Assembly: GCA_003150035.1 (NCBI GenBank)
Contig: QALR01000013.1
Span: 12,690 to 76,689 of the forward strand
Reading direction: 5' to 3'
DNA length: 64,000 bases
Source: Clostridiales bacterium
GTDB lineage: Bacteria; Bacillota; Clostridia; Oscillospirales; CAG-272
The position numbers were made by a program, and so were the translations under genes. This document shows positions 19,615 through 29,126 of this stretch, one piece after another (position 1 is the stretch's first letter; each line of letters begins with the position of its first letter). The notes under the pieces were generated by a model that searched no databases, had not been told where the DNA came from, and worked only from the letters and a program-made list of their open reading frames with translations.

Positions 19615-20907
19615 ATGAATTTTGACATGCTGCACCCGGCCGATCAGATCGTAATGATCATGAATCGAATCTATTATTATGGAATGACGACGACCTCGGG
19701 AGGAAATCTTTCCATCCGCGATTCGGAGGGAACCGTTTGGATTAGCCCCAGTGGGATTGACAAGGGAAGCCTGCGACGTGAGGATATTATGCAGATTAAG
19801 CCGGACGGTACGATCGTCGGCATCCACAGACCGTCCTCCGAATACCCGTTCCACCTGGCTATTTATAAAAAGCGTCCGGATTTAAAGGCTGTGCTGCATG
19901 CTCATCCTCCGGCTCTTGTCGCGTTCAGCCTGCTTCGCAAAATTCCGGATACTTCTATCATTCCCGACGCCAGATTCCTTTCCGGTAAAATCACGATTGC
20001 CAAATATGCTCTCCCGGGGAGCGCGCTTCTCGGCGAGAAAATTTCGGCGGAATTTGAAAAGGGTATCAACACGGTGGTGTTGGAAAATCACGGTGTGGTC
20101 CTAGGAGCGACCTCTCTCTTCCGGGCCTTTATGAATTTTGAAACGCTCGATTATTGCGCAAGAATTCAAATCAACGCAAAAGCGCTTGGCGGCCATATTC
20201 ATGGACTTTCCGAGCGTCACATGGAAATCTATAAAAATAAAACGGCACCTAGCATGGAGGAGTTTGTACCAGAAACGCATACAAGCGAGGCGCTTGGCGT
20301 ACGTCGCGATATGTGCGAGCTCATACACCGCGCTTATGGCAATCAGCTTTTCACGAGTGACCAAGGGACCTTTTCCTGCAAGCTTTCGGACGGCTCCTTT
20401 ATCATCACTCCTTATGCCAAAGACAGAAATTATCTGGAACCCGAGGATCTTGTCTTGATCCGGGATGGCAAATGCGAAGCGGGAAAAACGCCGTCGCGCT
20501 CTGTGAAGCTTCATTCGATTTTGTATGAGAGAGACCCCGATATCAAGTCTGTCATCGTGGCGCATCCGCCGCACATCATGGCGTTTGCGATTACGGAAGA
20601 AACGTTTGATGCCCGTTTGATTCCGGAGAGCTATATTGCTTTGAAAAACGTGCGCAAATATCCGTTTGGCTCCTCCTTTATGCAGCCGGAGCTTCTTGCA
20701 AAGGAAATTTCCATTAAAAATCCTGTCGTCATTATTGAAAATGACTGCGTCATTGCGGCGGGGACGTCACTTCTCAATGCGTTTGACCGGCTTGAGGTTA
20801 TGGAATACAGCGCAAAATCGCTCGTGGAGGCGGCAAGCCTCGGCGGAGAGGTTATCAAGATCAATCCTGAAGAGGTAAAGGAAATCGAGGTCGCCTTCAA
20901 GCTTTAA
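19615..20907 (+). CDS. tandem class II aldolase/adducin-domain protein (probable rhamnulose-1-phosphate aldolase analogue)
   Basis: Two about 200-aa aldolase_II repeats. Repeat 1 keeps SGGN, HAH and ENHG; repeat 2 has SDQG, VAH and ENDC. GAAGGAG lies upstream. Confidence 0.7.
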   Translation: MNFDMLHPADQIVMIMNRIYYYGMTTTSGGNLSIRDSEGTVWISPSGIDKGSLRREDIMQIKPDGTIVGIHRPSSEYPFHLAIYKKRPDLKAVLHAHPPALVAFSLLRKIPDTSIIPDARFLSGKITIAKYALPGSALLGEKISAEFEKGINTVVLENHGVVLGATSLFRAFMNFETLDYCARIQINAKALGGHIHGLSERHMEIYKNKTAPSMEEFVPETHTSEALGVRRDMCELIHRAYGNQLFTSDQGTFSCKLSDGSFIITPYAKDRNYLEPEDLVLIRDGKCEAGKTPSRSVKLHSILYERDPDIKSVIVAHPPHIMAFAITEETFDARLIPESYIALKNVRKYPFGSSFMQPELLAKEISIKNPVVIIENDCVIAAGTSLLNAFDRLEVMEYSAKSLVEAASLGGEVIKINPEEVKEIEVAFKL

Positions 20908-20959
20908 TTCCTGCGGGATACGGCTCCCATAAATTTTAGAAATAGAGAGGACAATTGGC

Positions 20960-22087
20960 ATGGAGAAAAACTATTACGGAGAGCTCAGCATCATTGGCAT
21001 GAAGGGCAGCGAAAAATTTCTTGAAAATGTCGACTGGTATCTGCATCAATGGCGTAAGGACAAGGAAGGAACGTTTCTTGTCAACGCCGATTGTCCCCGG
21101 TTCGGCTCCGGTGAGGGCAAGGGTATCATTCATGAGACGATGCGCGGCCATGACACCTATATTTTTGCGGATGTATTCAACTATGGCGTGACGTATAAGA
21201 TGTATGGCATGAATGTTCCGATGAGTCCGGACGACCATTATCAGGATCTCAAGCGGATTATCTGCGCAATCGGCGGAAAAGCGCGCCGTGTTTCCGTGAT
21301 TATGCCGATGCTCTACGAGGGCAGACAGCATCGCCGTACCTCAAGGGAGTCCCTCGACTGCGCGATGGCACTGCAGGAGCTTGTTTCTATGGGGGTTTCC
21401 AATATCATTACCTTTGACGCACACGATTCCCGTGTTCAGCAGGCCATTCCGCAGAGTGGCTTTGACAATGTGCGCCCTTCCTATCAAATGCTGAAGGCGC
21501 TCGTCAGAGAGTTTCCGGATATTACCTTTGACAAGGATACGCTGATGATCGTCTCTCCGGACGAGGGCGCGATGTCCCGTTCCATGTACTATTCTTCTGT
21601 GCTCGGCCTTGAGCTTGGTATGTTCTATAAGCGCCGCAATTATACCATTGTCATTGACGGGCGCAATCCGATCGAGGCGCACGAATTTCTCGGCCGTTCC
21701 GTTGAAGGAAAGGATATTATCGTAGTCGATGATATGATTGCGACAGGCGAGTCCACTCTTGATATCGCGGAACAGCTAAAGGAAAAGGGCGCGCGCCGCG
21801 TGTTCATTTTTGCCACGTTCGGACTTTTTACGGCGGGCTGTGATAAAATTGACGCCGCCTATGAGAAGGGCCTGCTCGATAAGATTTTCACGACAAACCT
21901 CAATTACCGGCCGCAAAGCATTATTGACCGTCCGTGGTATGCGGAGGTCAATATGTGTAAATATGTTTCTTATATCATCGACACGCTGAATTCCGATTCC
22001 TCTATTAGTGATCTTCTTAACCCTGTGGGAAGAATCCACGCTCTTGTGGACCGCGTACAGGCGGCGAATAACGGAGAGCTTCGATAA
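20960..22087 (+). CDS. ribose-phosphate pyrophosphokinase family protein (long Prs paralogue)
   Basis: Prs-like motifs (VIMPMLYEGRQHRR, VVDDMIATGES). Confidence 0.75.
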   Translation: MEKNYYGELSIIGMKGSEKFLENVDWYLHQWRKDKEGTFLVNADCPRFGSGEGKGIIHETMRGHDTYIFADVFNYGVTYKMYGMNVPMSPDDHYQDLKRIICAIGGKARRVSVIMPMLYEGRQHRRTSRESLDCAMALQELVSMGVSNIITFDAHDSRVQQAIPQSGFDNVRPSYQMLKALVREFPDITFDKDTLMIVSPDEGAMSRSMYYSSVLGLELGMFYKRRNYTIVIDGRNPIEAHEFLGRSVEGKDIIVVDDMIATGESTLDIAEQLKEKGARRVFIFATFGLFTAGCDKIDAAYEKGLLDKIFTTNLNYRPQSIIDRPWYAEVNMCKYVSYIIDTLNSDSSISDLLNPVGRIHALVDRVQAANNGELR

Positions 22088-22168
22088 ATTTCACGTTTGC
22101 CCGAATATTCTAATAGGAAGGAAAAATATACATAATTTACTGACATCCAAAAGAAAGAAGGTTTTTCT

Positions 22169-22420
22169 ATGTCAAATAGCAGTTCCCTTACAGAAGCCTA
22201 TGAAAGCCTGCCGAAGCTTGCGAAAATTATTCTTCAGATTTTCTTCGGCGCCTTCATCGGCGGGATTTACCGCATCATCCGGTACGTGGAGACCAGAAAT
22301 ATCGTAACGCTTGTAGTTGGAATTCTGGTTTTGGTCACGTTTATCGGCAATATCATTGCGTGGATCGTCGATTTGGTGACAGAAATCACAGTCGGACGTA
22401 TTACCGTTCTCGCGGACTGA
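22169..22420 (+). CDS. small membrane protein, two TM helices
   Basis: 83-aa ORF with two hydrophobic helices and a purine-rich stretch upstream. Confidence 0.45.
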   Translation: MSNSSSLTEAYESLPKLAKIILQIFFGAFIGGIYRIIRYVETRNIVTLVVGILVLVTFIGNIIAWIVDLVTEITVGRITVLAD

Positions 22421-22690
22421 AACAAAAAAAGAGAGATTTGCCAACGCCAGATAAGGAAGTTTTTTAAAGAAAAAAATGAAGTATCTTTATTGATACAACA
22501 AACGCCGTTTTCCTGCTTATTGCGGTGTGAGTATAAAAACCAATTGGAACACGGACATGACGAACCCCTGTATCGTGTGGTACAACGGCATTCTGTATGA
22601 TATAACCTGCGTATACACATTCGAGGGCTACAAGAGGATTTGACCCTATATTGCAGCTGACGGGCAAGGCAAATAGGTCCTTTAAGCACA

Positions 22691-22719
22691 AACGGCAAGC
22701 GCAAAATGCGCTTGCCGTT
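22691..22719 (-). terminator. hairpin downstream of the nuclease gene
   Basis: 12-bp perfect stem aacggcaagcgc / gcgcttgccgtt with a 5-nt loop. The flanking T-runs are weak. Confidence 0.5.
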
Positions 22720-22736
22720 GTGTTCTGTATTGCACT

Positions 22737-24023
22737 TTATTCGTTTATAAGTGAAACAATCCAACGAATCCAACCTTTAATGCTTGAGGAACGGCGAACA
22801 AAAGTACTGTCGCTTTCAACCTGATAAAGCTCTGATTGCTTCATAATATTAACTATTTCACTTGTTGACGGCATAACGCCATTTTGTAGATACAGGCGCA
22901 ATGAAGCATTAAAAGCCCTATGTGACAATATGATATTACAATATGCTAATTGCCGTTGCTTAAATCCTAAATTAAGTATGCGTCTCCCAGTGTCACTTAT
23001 CGAATACAGCGGATTTCCGCTTTCTTTTCTTTTTTCAAGCAATCCCAGATAGCGTGCCGCGTCCGTATAATAGTTTGTTTGTCTTGAATCAAAATCATAT
23101 CTTTCAGTTACGTCTGTCCGGCTTAATTCCTGTGCGCTGACAAGTTCACAAAGATTGATAACTCTTTCAAAGTTATCTGCTTGTGGAAACGGCACCTTAG
23201 GTTCAACAGCAATAACAGCATTTTCCAAAACCGACTGAATATCAGAAACTGAAATTGCTGTATCTTCAATAGAATAATTTCTTTGTTTTACCAGCCTTAA
23301 TGAATTATAATGATTAGGGTCATCAAATGTATATTCAAAAAGCCGATATATACCGTTAGAATATATAAGGAAAATAGGCCTTACGGGTTTCGTTACACGA
23401 CTTTGCCATACGCGGAACGGATAATATAGCTGTCTTATCAAAAAATCTTCTGCAAGATCCAGCTTTGCTTCAAATATCGCCAAAGAAGAAACCCCTTCAT
23501 AGGCTGCATCTATTTCAATTTGTGAATTATTTACATCAACTTTTCGAACGGAACCTGTTTTTGTGTCGCCAATATTGAAAGAAAATGTACCTGAACCCAT
23601 ACGCCCCGAAACAGTAGAAACAATGTCGCTATCATCCATAAATTCCGAAATTATTCCTGAATCAGCGGCGCAATTCAAAGCGATTGCTTCACTTGGAATA
23701 TTGTTGCTATCCAAACTTTGAATATAAGTGGGTAAAGATACCTTGGTTATAGGTGAGCTATCCACTTCAAATTTATGGTATGCATCAAAATGCGAAATAA
23801 TATAATCACCGCGTGTTACAGGCAAAATAGCTAATTGATTATCTGCGAACAATTTGGGCAAGTTTGTTGTATGGTCAAATTTTACCATTAACCGTGGTTC
23901 ACGAAATTCTTTTATTTGTGTAGCGGAGATATTAAAAAATCCGTCGCTTCCAATATAACGCAAAATGTCGTATTTGTTAAACAGTTGTTCCCATGCTACA
24001 TCATTCAAACTTGCATTACTCAT
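22737..24023 (-). CDS. putative type II restriction endonuclease (PD-(D/E)XK core plus a C-terminal helical/wHTH-like domain)
   Basis: The candidate catalytic segment IEIDAAYEGVSSLAIFEAKLD fits a D...ExK pattern. It overlaps the methyltransferase stop by 8 nt (ATGAGTAA). AT-rich. Confidence 0.55.
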   Translation of the reverse strand: MSNASLNDVAWEQLFNKYDILRYIGSDGFFNISATQIKEFREPRLMVKFDHTTNLPKLFADNQLAILPVTRGDYIISHFDAYHKFEVDSSPITKVSLPTYIQSLDSNNIPSEAIALNCAADSGIISEFMDDSDIVSTVSGRMGSGTFSFNIGDTKTGSVRKVDVNNSQIEIDAAYEGVSSLAIFEAKLDLAEDFLIRQLYYPFRVWQSRVTKPVRPIFLIYSNGIYRLFEYTFDDPNHYNSLRLVKQRNYSIEDTAISVSDIQSVLENAVIAVEPKVPFPQADNFERVINLCELVSAQELSRTDVTERYDFDSRQTNYYTDAARYLGLLEKRKESGNPLYSISDTGRRILNLGFKQRQLAYCNIILSHRAFNASLRLYLQNGVMPSTSEIVNIMKQSELYQVESDSTFVRRSSSIKGWIRWIVSLINE

Positions 24024-24852
24024 AATTTCTCACCACAACTTCATCAACATCTCCGCGCTTGCTACCAACAGAATTGATAGCGCGTTTAGCCTGTACTATG
24101 GTAATATTGTATGCTGCATACTGTTCCAGAATAAAAGGTGTAGCTGAATTTGAAAGCATAAACTTGATACCGCGTTTGTTCAAATTATCGCAATATTGAC
24201 GCAGGCGCACTTGGTCCTCTTTAGAAAAACCGCCTTTTGAATATCCAGTAAAGCTTGATGTTTCCGATATTGGGTCATACGGGGGATCAAGATACACAAA
24301 TGTACCTTTTTTTATATTCGCTAAAACTTCCCCATAATCTACACATGAAAAATAAACTGTTGCCGCGTTGAAATAAGCACTTACTGCACGCAACACAGGC
24401 TCATTTACAATGTTTGGATTTCGATAATGGCCAAACGGAGAATTAAATTCTCCTGCATTATTAACACGATAAAGCCCGTTGTAACAGGTTTTATTCAAAT
24501 ATAAAATACGTGCTGCCCGTTCAACTGCTGATAAAGAACTGTACTTTTTTTTATCCCTGTCCCAATCGCGAACAGCATAGAAAAAATCCGAATCATTTTT
24601 ATATTGTTTAAGTTCCTCTATCAACTCATCAACACTATCCTTTATAACCGTGTAGACACAAAGCAAATCTGTGTTAATATCATTAACATAGGCTATATTA
24701 GGTTGCAAATGAAACAGAAGCGCCCCGCCGCCGACAAATGGTTCACAATACGATGTAATTTTCTTTGGTAACAACGGCGAAAAAGTTTCAATAAGTTGTC
24801 TTTTGCCGCCTACCCATTTCAAAACAGGCGCGACAAGCTTGTTTTTCTTCAT
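24016..24852 (-). CDS. D12-class (Dam-like) N6-adenine DNA methyltransferase
   Basis: KWVGGKRQL, FVGGGA and DPPY motifs. The start was set at MKKNK (24852), which has AAGGAG upstream. Confidence 0.85.
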   Translation of the reverse strand: MKKNKLVAPVLKWVGGKRQLIETFSPLLPKKITSYCEPFVGGGALLFHLQPNIAYVNDINTDLLCVYTVIKDSVDELIEELKQYKNDSDFFYAVRDWDRDKKKYSSLSAVERAARILYLNKTCYNGLYRVNNAGEFNSPFGHYRNPNIVNEPVLRAVSAYFNAATVYFSCVDYGEVLANIKKGTFVYLDPPYDPISETSSFTGYSKGGFSKEDQVRLRQYCDNLNKRGIKFMLSNSATPFILEQYAAYNITIVQAKRAINSVGSKRGDVDEVVVRNYE

Positions 24853-25169
24853 AGTAGGCGAAGCTCCTTTCCTTAAGACACAACAATTCATAGTTTATTG
24901 TAGCACAAGTTACACGCAAACTCAATAGAGAATTCCTGATTTTTTACGGTATCTTTCGGTATCGGCTTGCAGATTTAAGCGACAAATGAGCATAAAAAAC
25001 GGAGGAAGCTCCTATTTTACAAGGGTTCCTGCCGTTCCCTATATTCTCCTTCTCAAAGATGCTTTTTATTACATTGTTCCGCCAAATTCCTTCCTTGGCC
25101 GGCGTTAGCTTTTCTCTTTTTTCATTTCGAAAAAATTTTTTGCAGCGAAGGAAAGATGTACGCCGGCGC

Positions 25170-26264
25170 TCACAGGTTCAATGTCATATCGCCGTTCTTT
25201 ACCCAACCGAATTTTCTCGTCAGAAAATCAAACAACAAAGACAGAACGGCGGGGAGCACAAAGCAAACGAGGATGAGTCCTGTCCAATTCAGCGCCGTGA
25301 CCGCGTCCGGATAGCCGTTCGACGTATCATACCAACCGAGGATCATTCCGATGGGACCGAGCAGCCCACAGGTGCCCATGCCGGAGTTGATAGCCGCGCC
25401 ATACATTTTCAAGTCGAATACACAGGTGGCGAGCGGCCCGGTGATTGCGGAGGCAAGCGTCGGCGCAATCCAGATACAGGGATTTTTGATGATATTCGGC
25501 ATCTGAAGCATGCTCGTGCCGATTCCCTGAGAGAGAAGCCCTCCCCATTTGTTTTCACGGAAGCTGATAACGGCAAAGCCTACCATCTGCGCACAGCAGC
25601 CCGCAACGGCCGCGGCTCCTGCAATGGCAAGTCCCTCTGACCCGCCCGCAGCCGCAGCGCTTCCGGTAAGTGAGAGCCCCGCGCAGACAGCGGCGCTTGA
25701 AATCGGGAGAGTCAGCACCACGCCGATCACCACGGAAACGATAAGCCCCGTGACAAACGGAGCCTGCAGCGCCGCCCATCCGATAAAGTCACTGATATAG
25801 CCGACGGCAACGCCGATATAGGGGGCAATGAGGATAGATAGTCCGCCGCCGACAAGAATGGTGACAAACGGGGTCACAATAATATCCACTTTTGTTTTTT
25901 TGGAGACGAGCATTCCGACCTCAGCCGCGATAATAGCAATGAAAAAGACCGCGAGCGGACCTCCGGCCGCGCCGAGTGTATTCGCCGCGTAACCGACCGC
26001 CGCCGAAGAAAAAATCACGAGCGGATGCCCGCCAAGAGAATAGGCGATGGCGGCTCCCATCGCCGGACCTGCCATCTGTTGGGCAAAGCTTCCGATGGTC
26101 GCGAGAAAGTCAAGGCCCGGAATCATTCCGAGCGCGCTGAAAATCGTGCCGATGAGAAGGGAGGCGAAGAGTCCCTGTGCCATCGCGCCCATTGCGTCGA
26201 TAAAATATCGTTTGGCAAGCCGCCGCAGTATACTGCCGGCGGATTTTTTTTCTATGCTGTCCAT
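25170..26264 (-). CDS. PTS EIIC-like permease (PTS_EIIC_2 family)
   Basis: Polytopic Gly/Ala-rich membrane protein with a family-like N-terminal half (LFASLLIGTI, GPAMGAAIAY). Confidence 0.55.
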   Translation of the reverse strand: MDSIEKKSAGSILRRLAKRYFIDAMGAMAQGLFASLLIGTIFSALGMIPGLDFLATIGSFAQQMAGPAMGAAIAYSLGGHPLVIFSSAAVGYAANTLGAAGGPLAVFFIAIIAAEVGMLVSKKTKVDIIVTPFVTILVGGGLSILIAPYIGVAVGYISDFIGWAALQAPFVTGLIVSVVIGVVLTLPISSAAVCAGLSLTGSAAAAGGSEGLAIAGAAAVAGCCAQMVGFAVISFRENKWGGLLSQGIGTSMLQMPNIIKNPCIWIAPTLASAITGPLATCVFDLKMYGAAINSGMGTCGLLGPIGMILGWYDTSNGYPDAVTALNWTGLILVCFVLPAVLSLLFDFLTRKFGWVKNGDMTLNL

Positions 26265-26369
26265 TGTTTCGGTTCCTCTTTGAAGAAAAATATTTACTGA
26301 CTATCATATCATCTCTGTGAGAGTATGTCAATAAAAAACGGAGTTTCTCCATTTTTTTTCGGTAAATTC

Positions 26370-26398
26370 TTGCACTTTCGGAAAGGATATATTATAAT
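26370..26398 (+). promoter_or_regulatory. sigma-A-type promoter for pncB
   Basis: TTGCAC, 17 nt, TATAAT, located 34 nt upstream of the pncB ATG. Confidence 0.5.
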
Positions 26399-26431
26399 GA
26401 AATAGAATTTTTACCATCAAAGGAGCTCTCT

Positions 26432-27871
26432 ATGCTTGACCGCACCAACTATACGATGCTGCTCGATTTTTACGAGCTGACCATGGCGAATGGATATTTT
26501 GTTTCCGGCAAAGCCGATGAAATTGCATACTTTGACGTATTTTTCCGTGATATTCCGGACGGAGGCGGCTATGCCATCGCGGCAGGTCTTGACGAGGTTA
26601 TCGGATATATTGAAAATCTGAAATTTACCGAAGAGGATATTGCTTATCTCCGTTCAAAGAACATTTTTGACGAGAAGTTTTTGGAATATCTGAAGACCTT
26701 CCGCTTTACGGGAGACATATATGCGATTCCGGAGGGTACTCCGATTTTCCCGCATGAGCCGATTATGACGGTGCGCGCCCCTGCGATTGAAGCGCAGTTT
26801 ATCGAGACGTTTGTTTTGCTCGCGCTCAACCACCAATCGCTGATTGCGACCAAGGCAAACCGGATTGTGCGGGCAGCGGGAGGACGTCCCGTCGCGGAGT
26901 TTGGCGCACGCCGTGCGCAGGGGGCGGAAGGCGCCATCTACGGCGCGCGCGCCGCTTTCATCGGCGGATGCGCTTCTACCTCCTGCACGATGAGCGACCG
27001 GGATTTTCATGTCAACGCTTCCGGAACGATGGCGCATTCTTGGGTGCAGATGTTTGACAGCGAGTATGAGGCCTTTGAAACATATTGCAGAATATATCCC
27101 GACAATGCGACGCTACTCATTGATACGTATAATGTCCTGAAAAGCGGGCTTCCGAACGCGATCCGGGCGTTCAAAAACGTGCTTGTGCCGCGGGGGATCC
27201 GGAATTTCGGCGTGCGTATCGATTCCGGCGATATCGCCTATCTGACCAAAAAAATCCGCGCGGCGTTTCTGCGTGAGGGCTTTACCGAGGCAAAAATCGT
27301 CGTTTCCAATTCGCTCGACGAATATATTATTCGGGATATCATCAGCCAGGGCGCGGAAATCGATTCTTTCGGTGTCGGAGAGCGGCTGATTACGGCAAAA
27401 AGCGACCCGGTTTTCGGCGGCGTATATAAGCTTGTGGCAAAGGAAAAGAACGGCGTCATTGAGCCGAAAATTAAAATCAGTGAAAATCCGGAAAAAATCA
27501 CCAATCCGCATTTCAAAAAGGTTTATCGAATCTATGACAACGAGAGCGGGAAGGCGGCGGCAGACCTGCTTTGTGTGTATGACGAGGTTATAGATGAAAC
27601 CGAGCCGCTTGAAATTTTCGATCCGCAGAATACGTGGAAGCGCAAAACATTTACCAATTACCATCTGCGTCCTCTTCTTGAGCCGATTTTCCGCGACGGA
27701 AAGCGGGTATATACCTCGCCGTCTGCCGTCGAAATCCGTGCCTACTGCGCAGAGCAGACGGATAAGCTATGGGATGAGGTCAAGCGCTTTGAGAATCCGC
27801 ACAAATATTATGTGGACCTTTCCCGCAAGCTTTGGGAACTCAAACAAAGTATGCTTCGGATGGGGTCATAA
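26432..27871 (+). CDS. pncB: nicotinate phosphoribosyltransferase
   Basis: Full-length PncB-like sequence (TDFYELTM-type N-terminus, GTMAHSW, RIDSGD). Confidence 0.9.
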   Translation: MLDRTNYTMLLDFYELTMANGYFVSGKADEIAYFDVFFRDIPDGGGYAIAAGLDEVIGYIENLKFTEEDIAYLRSKNIFDEKFLEYLKTFRFTGDIYAIPEGTPIFPHEPIMTVRAPAIEAQFIETFVLLALNHQSLIATKANRIVRAAGGRPVAEFGARRAQGAEGAIYGARAAFIGGCASTSCTMSDRDFHVNASGTMAHSWVQMFDSEYEAFETYCRIYPDNATLLIDTYNVLKSGLPNAIRAFKNVLVPRGIRNFGVRIDSGDIAYLTKKIRAAFLREGFTEAKIVVSNSLDEYIIRDIISQGAEIDSFGVGERLITAKSDPVFGGVYKLVAKEKNGVIEPKIKISENPEKITNPHFKKVYRIYDNESGKAAADLLCVYDEVIDETEPLEIFDPQNTWKRKTFTNYHLRPLLEPIFRDGKRVYTSPSAVEIRAYCAEQTDKLWDEVKRFENPHKYYVDLSRKLWELKQSMLRMGS

Positions 27872-27886
27872 AGATAGGAGGAAGCT

Positions 27887-29089
27887 ATGACGTATTTGGG
27901 AGAAGTTGTTTCATCCGCATTTTCCATTATTTTCTTTATTGCTGTCATTGCAGCACTCGGCTATCTGGTTGGGGGAATCCATATCAAGGGCGTATCGCTT
28001 GGAACGGCAGGGGTTTTGCTTGTCGCGCTGATTTTCGGCGTAGTGGCAAGCTATGTTCCGTCCTTTGAAATCGGGGGGAGCACCATCTCGCTTTACAACG
28101 ATGCACTGGCGGGTAATTTTAAGCTAGTGTCTCAAATTGGGACGGCGTTTTTTGTTACCTCAATAGGACTCATCGCGGGACCGAAGTTTTTCCGAACTTT
28201 CAATAAAAAATCGATTTCTTATATTTTAATGGGGATTATTGTGATTGTGGCAGGCGCGCTTGCGGCTGTGCTGCTTCTGGTCGTGGACCCGGATTTGTCC
28301 GCAGAAATGGCGGCGGGTATTTTGACCGGCGCCCTGACGAGCACGCCCGGGCTTTCCGCCGCGCAGGAATCCGCCGCAGAAAGCGGGGTTGCAGAGATTA
28401 CAGCCGGGTATGGGATTGCTTATGTTTTTGGCGTTCTTGGCGTGGTTTTATTTGTGCAGATTATCCCGAAGCTTTTGCGGGTCAATGTCGAAAAGGAACG
28501 CGAATCCTTTCAGGCGGCCAATGTTATTTCCGTCAAGCCGATCACCCGCAAGCTGACGAAGCTTGATCCGTTCGGCGCATTTGCTTTCTTCCTTGCGATT
28601 TTTCTCGGTTGCCTTATTGGCTCCATCAAGATTCCCGGTATCAACTTTTCGCTCGGGACATCCGGCGGAACCTTGATTTCCGGTCTTATCGTCGGTCATT
28701 TCGGCCATCTGTTTGGCATTGACTGCCGAATCAATAAGGAAACGCTCCAGTTTTTCAGAGAGCTGGGTCTTGTGTTGTTCCTTATCGGCGCGGGCGTGCC
28801 GGGCGGCGTCAGCTTTATGGAGAATATTGCGCTGAAATACTTCCTTTATGGCGTCATTCTCACGCTTGTCCCGATGATTGTCGGCTTTATTGTCGCTAAA
28901 TATATTTTCAAGCTCAGTATTTTCAACAATCTTGGTTCTATCACGGGAGGCATGACTAGCACACCAGCACTGGATGCGCTGATTCGCGCTGCCGGAACGG
29001 ATGAGGTATCCTCTGCCTATGCTGCCACCTATCCGATCGCGCTTGTCAGTGTCGTGCTTGCTGCGAAAATTATTGTAATGGTGTTTTAA
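27887..29089 (+). CDS. AAE-family (YidE/YbjL-type, Asp-Al_Ex repeats) transporter
   Basis: Two homologous 5-6 TM halves. The N-terminus GYLVGGIHIKGVSLGTAGVLLVALIFG is typical of the family. Confidence 0.6.
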   Translation: MTYLGEVVSSAFSIIFFIAVIAALGYLVGGIHIKGVSLGTAGVLLVALIFGVVASYVPSFEIGGSTISLYNDALAGNFKLVSQIGTAFFVTSIGLIAGPKFFRTFNKKSISYILMGIIVIVAGALAAVLLLVVDPDLSAEMAAGILTGALTSTPGLSAAQESAAESGVAEITAGYGIAYVFGVLGVVLFVQIIPKLLRVNVEKERESFQAANVISVKPITRKLTKLDPFGAFAFFLAIFLGCLIGSIKIPGINFSLGTSGGTLISGLIVGHFGHLFGIDCRINKETLQFFRELGLVLFLIGAGVPGGVSFMENIALKYFLYGVILTLVPMIVGFIVAKYIFKLSIFNNLGSITGGMTSTPALDALIRAAGTDEVSSAYAATYPIALVSVVLAAKIIVMVF

Positions 29090-29126
29090 TCCTGCTAAAA
29101 ATTAAAGAATAGGAATGGAGAATATT

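Larger units (their letters stand above)
22440..25000. other. AT-rich restriction-modification islet (approximate bounds)
   Basis: Hand counts give 27%, 28% and 43% G+C on the 60-nt lines starting at 23281, 24301 and 23101, against clearly GC-rich flanks. No mobility gene is present. Confidence 0.6.

Noticed and set aside
22737-24023. The 428-aa nuclease-like protein as a DpnI-type methyl-dependent enzyme (PD-(D/E)XK plus winged helix)
   Set aside because: It is translationally coupled (8-nt overlap) to an active-looking D12 methyltransferase. A methyl-directed enzyme of matching specificity would be self-toxic, so a classical R-M pairing is more parsimonious.
25059-25640. 193-aa plus-strand ORF opposite the EIIC-like permease gene
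   Set aside because: Arg/Gly-rich shadow frame of a GC-rich membrane-protein gene.
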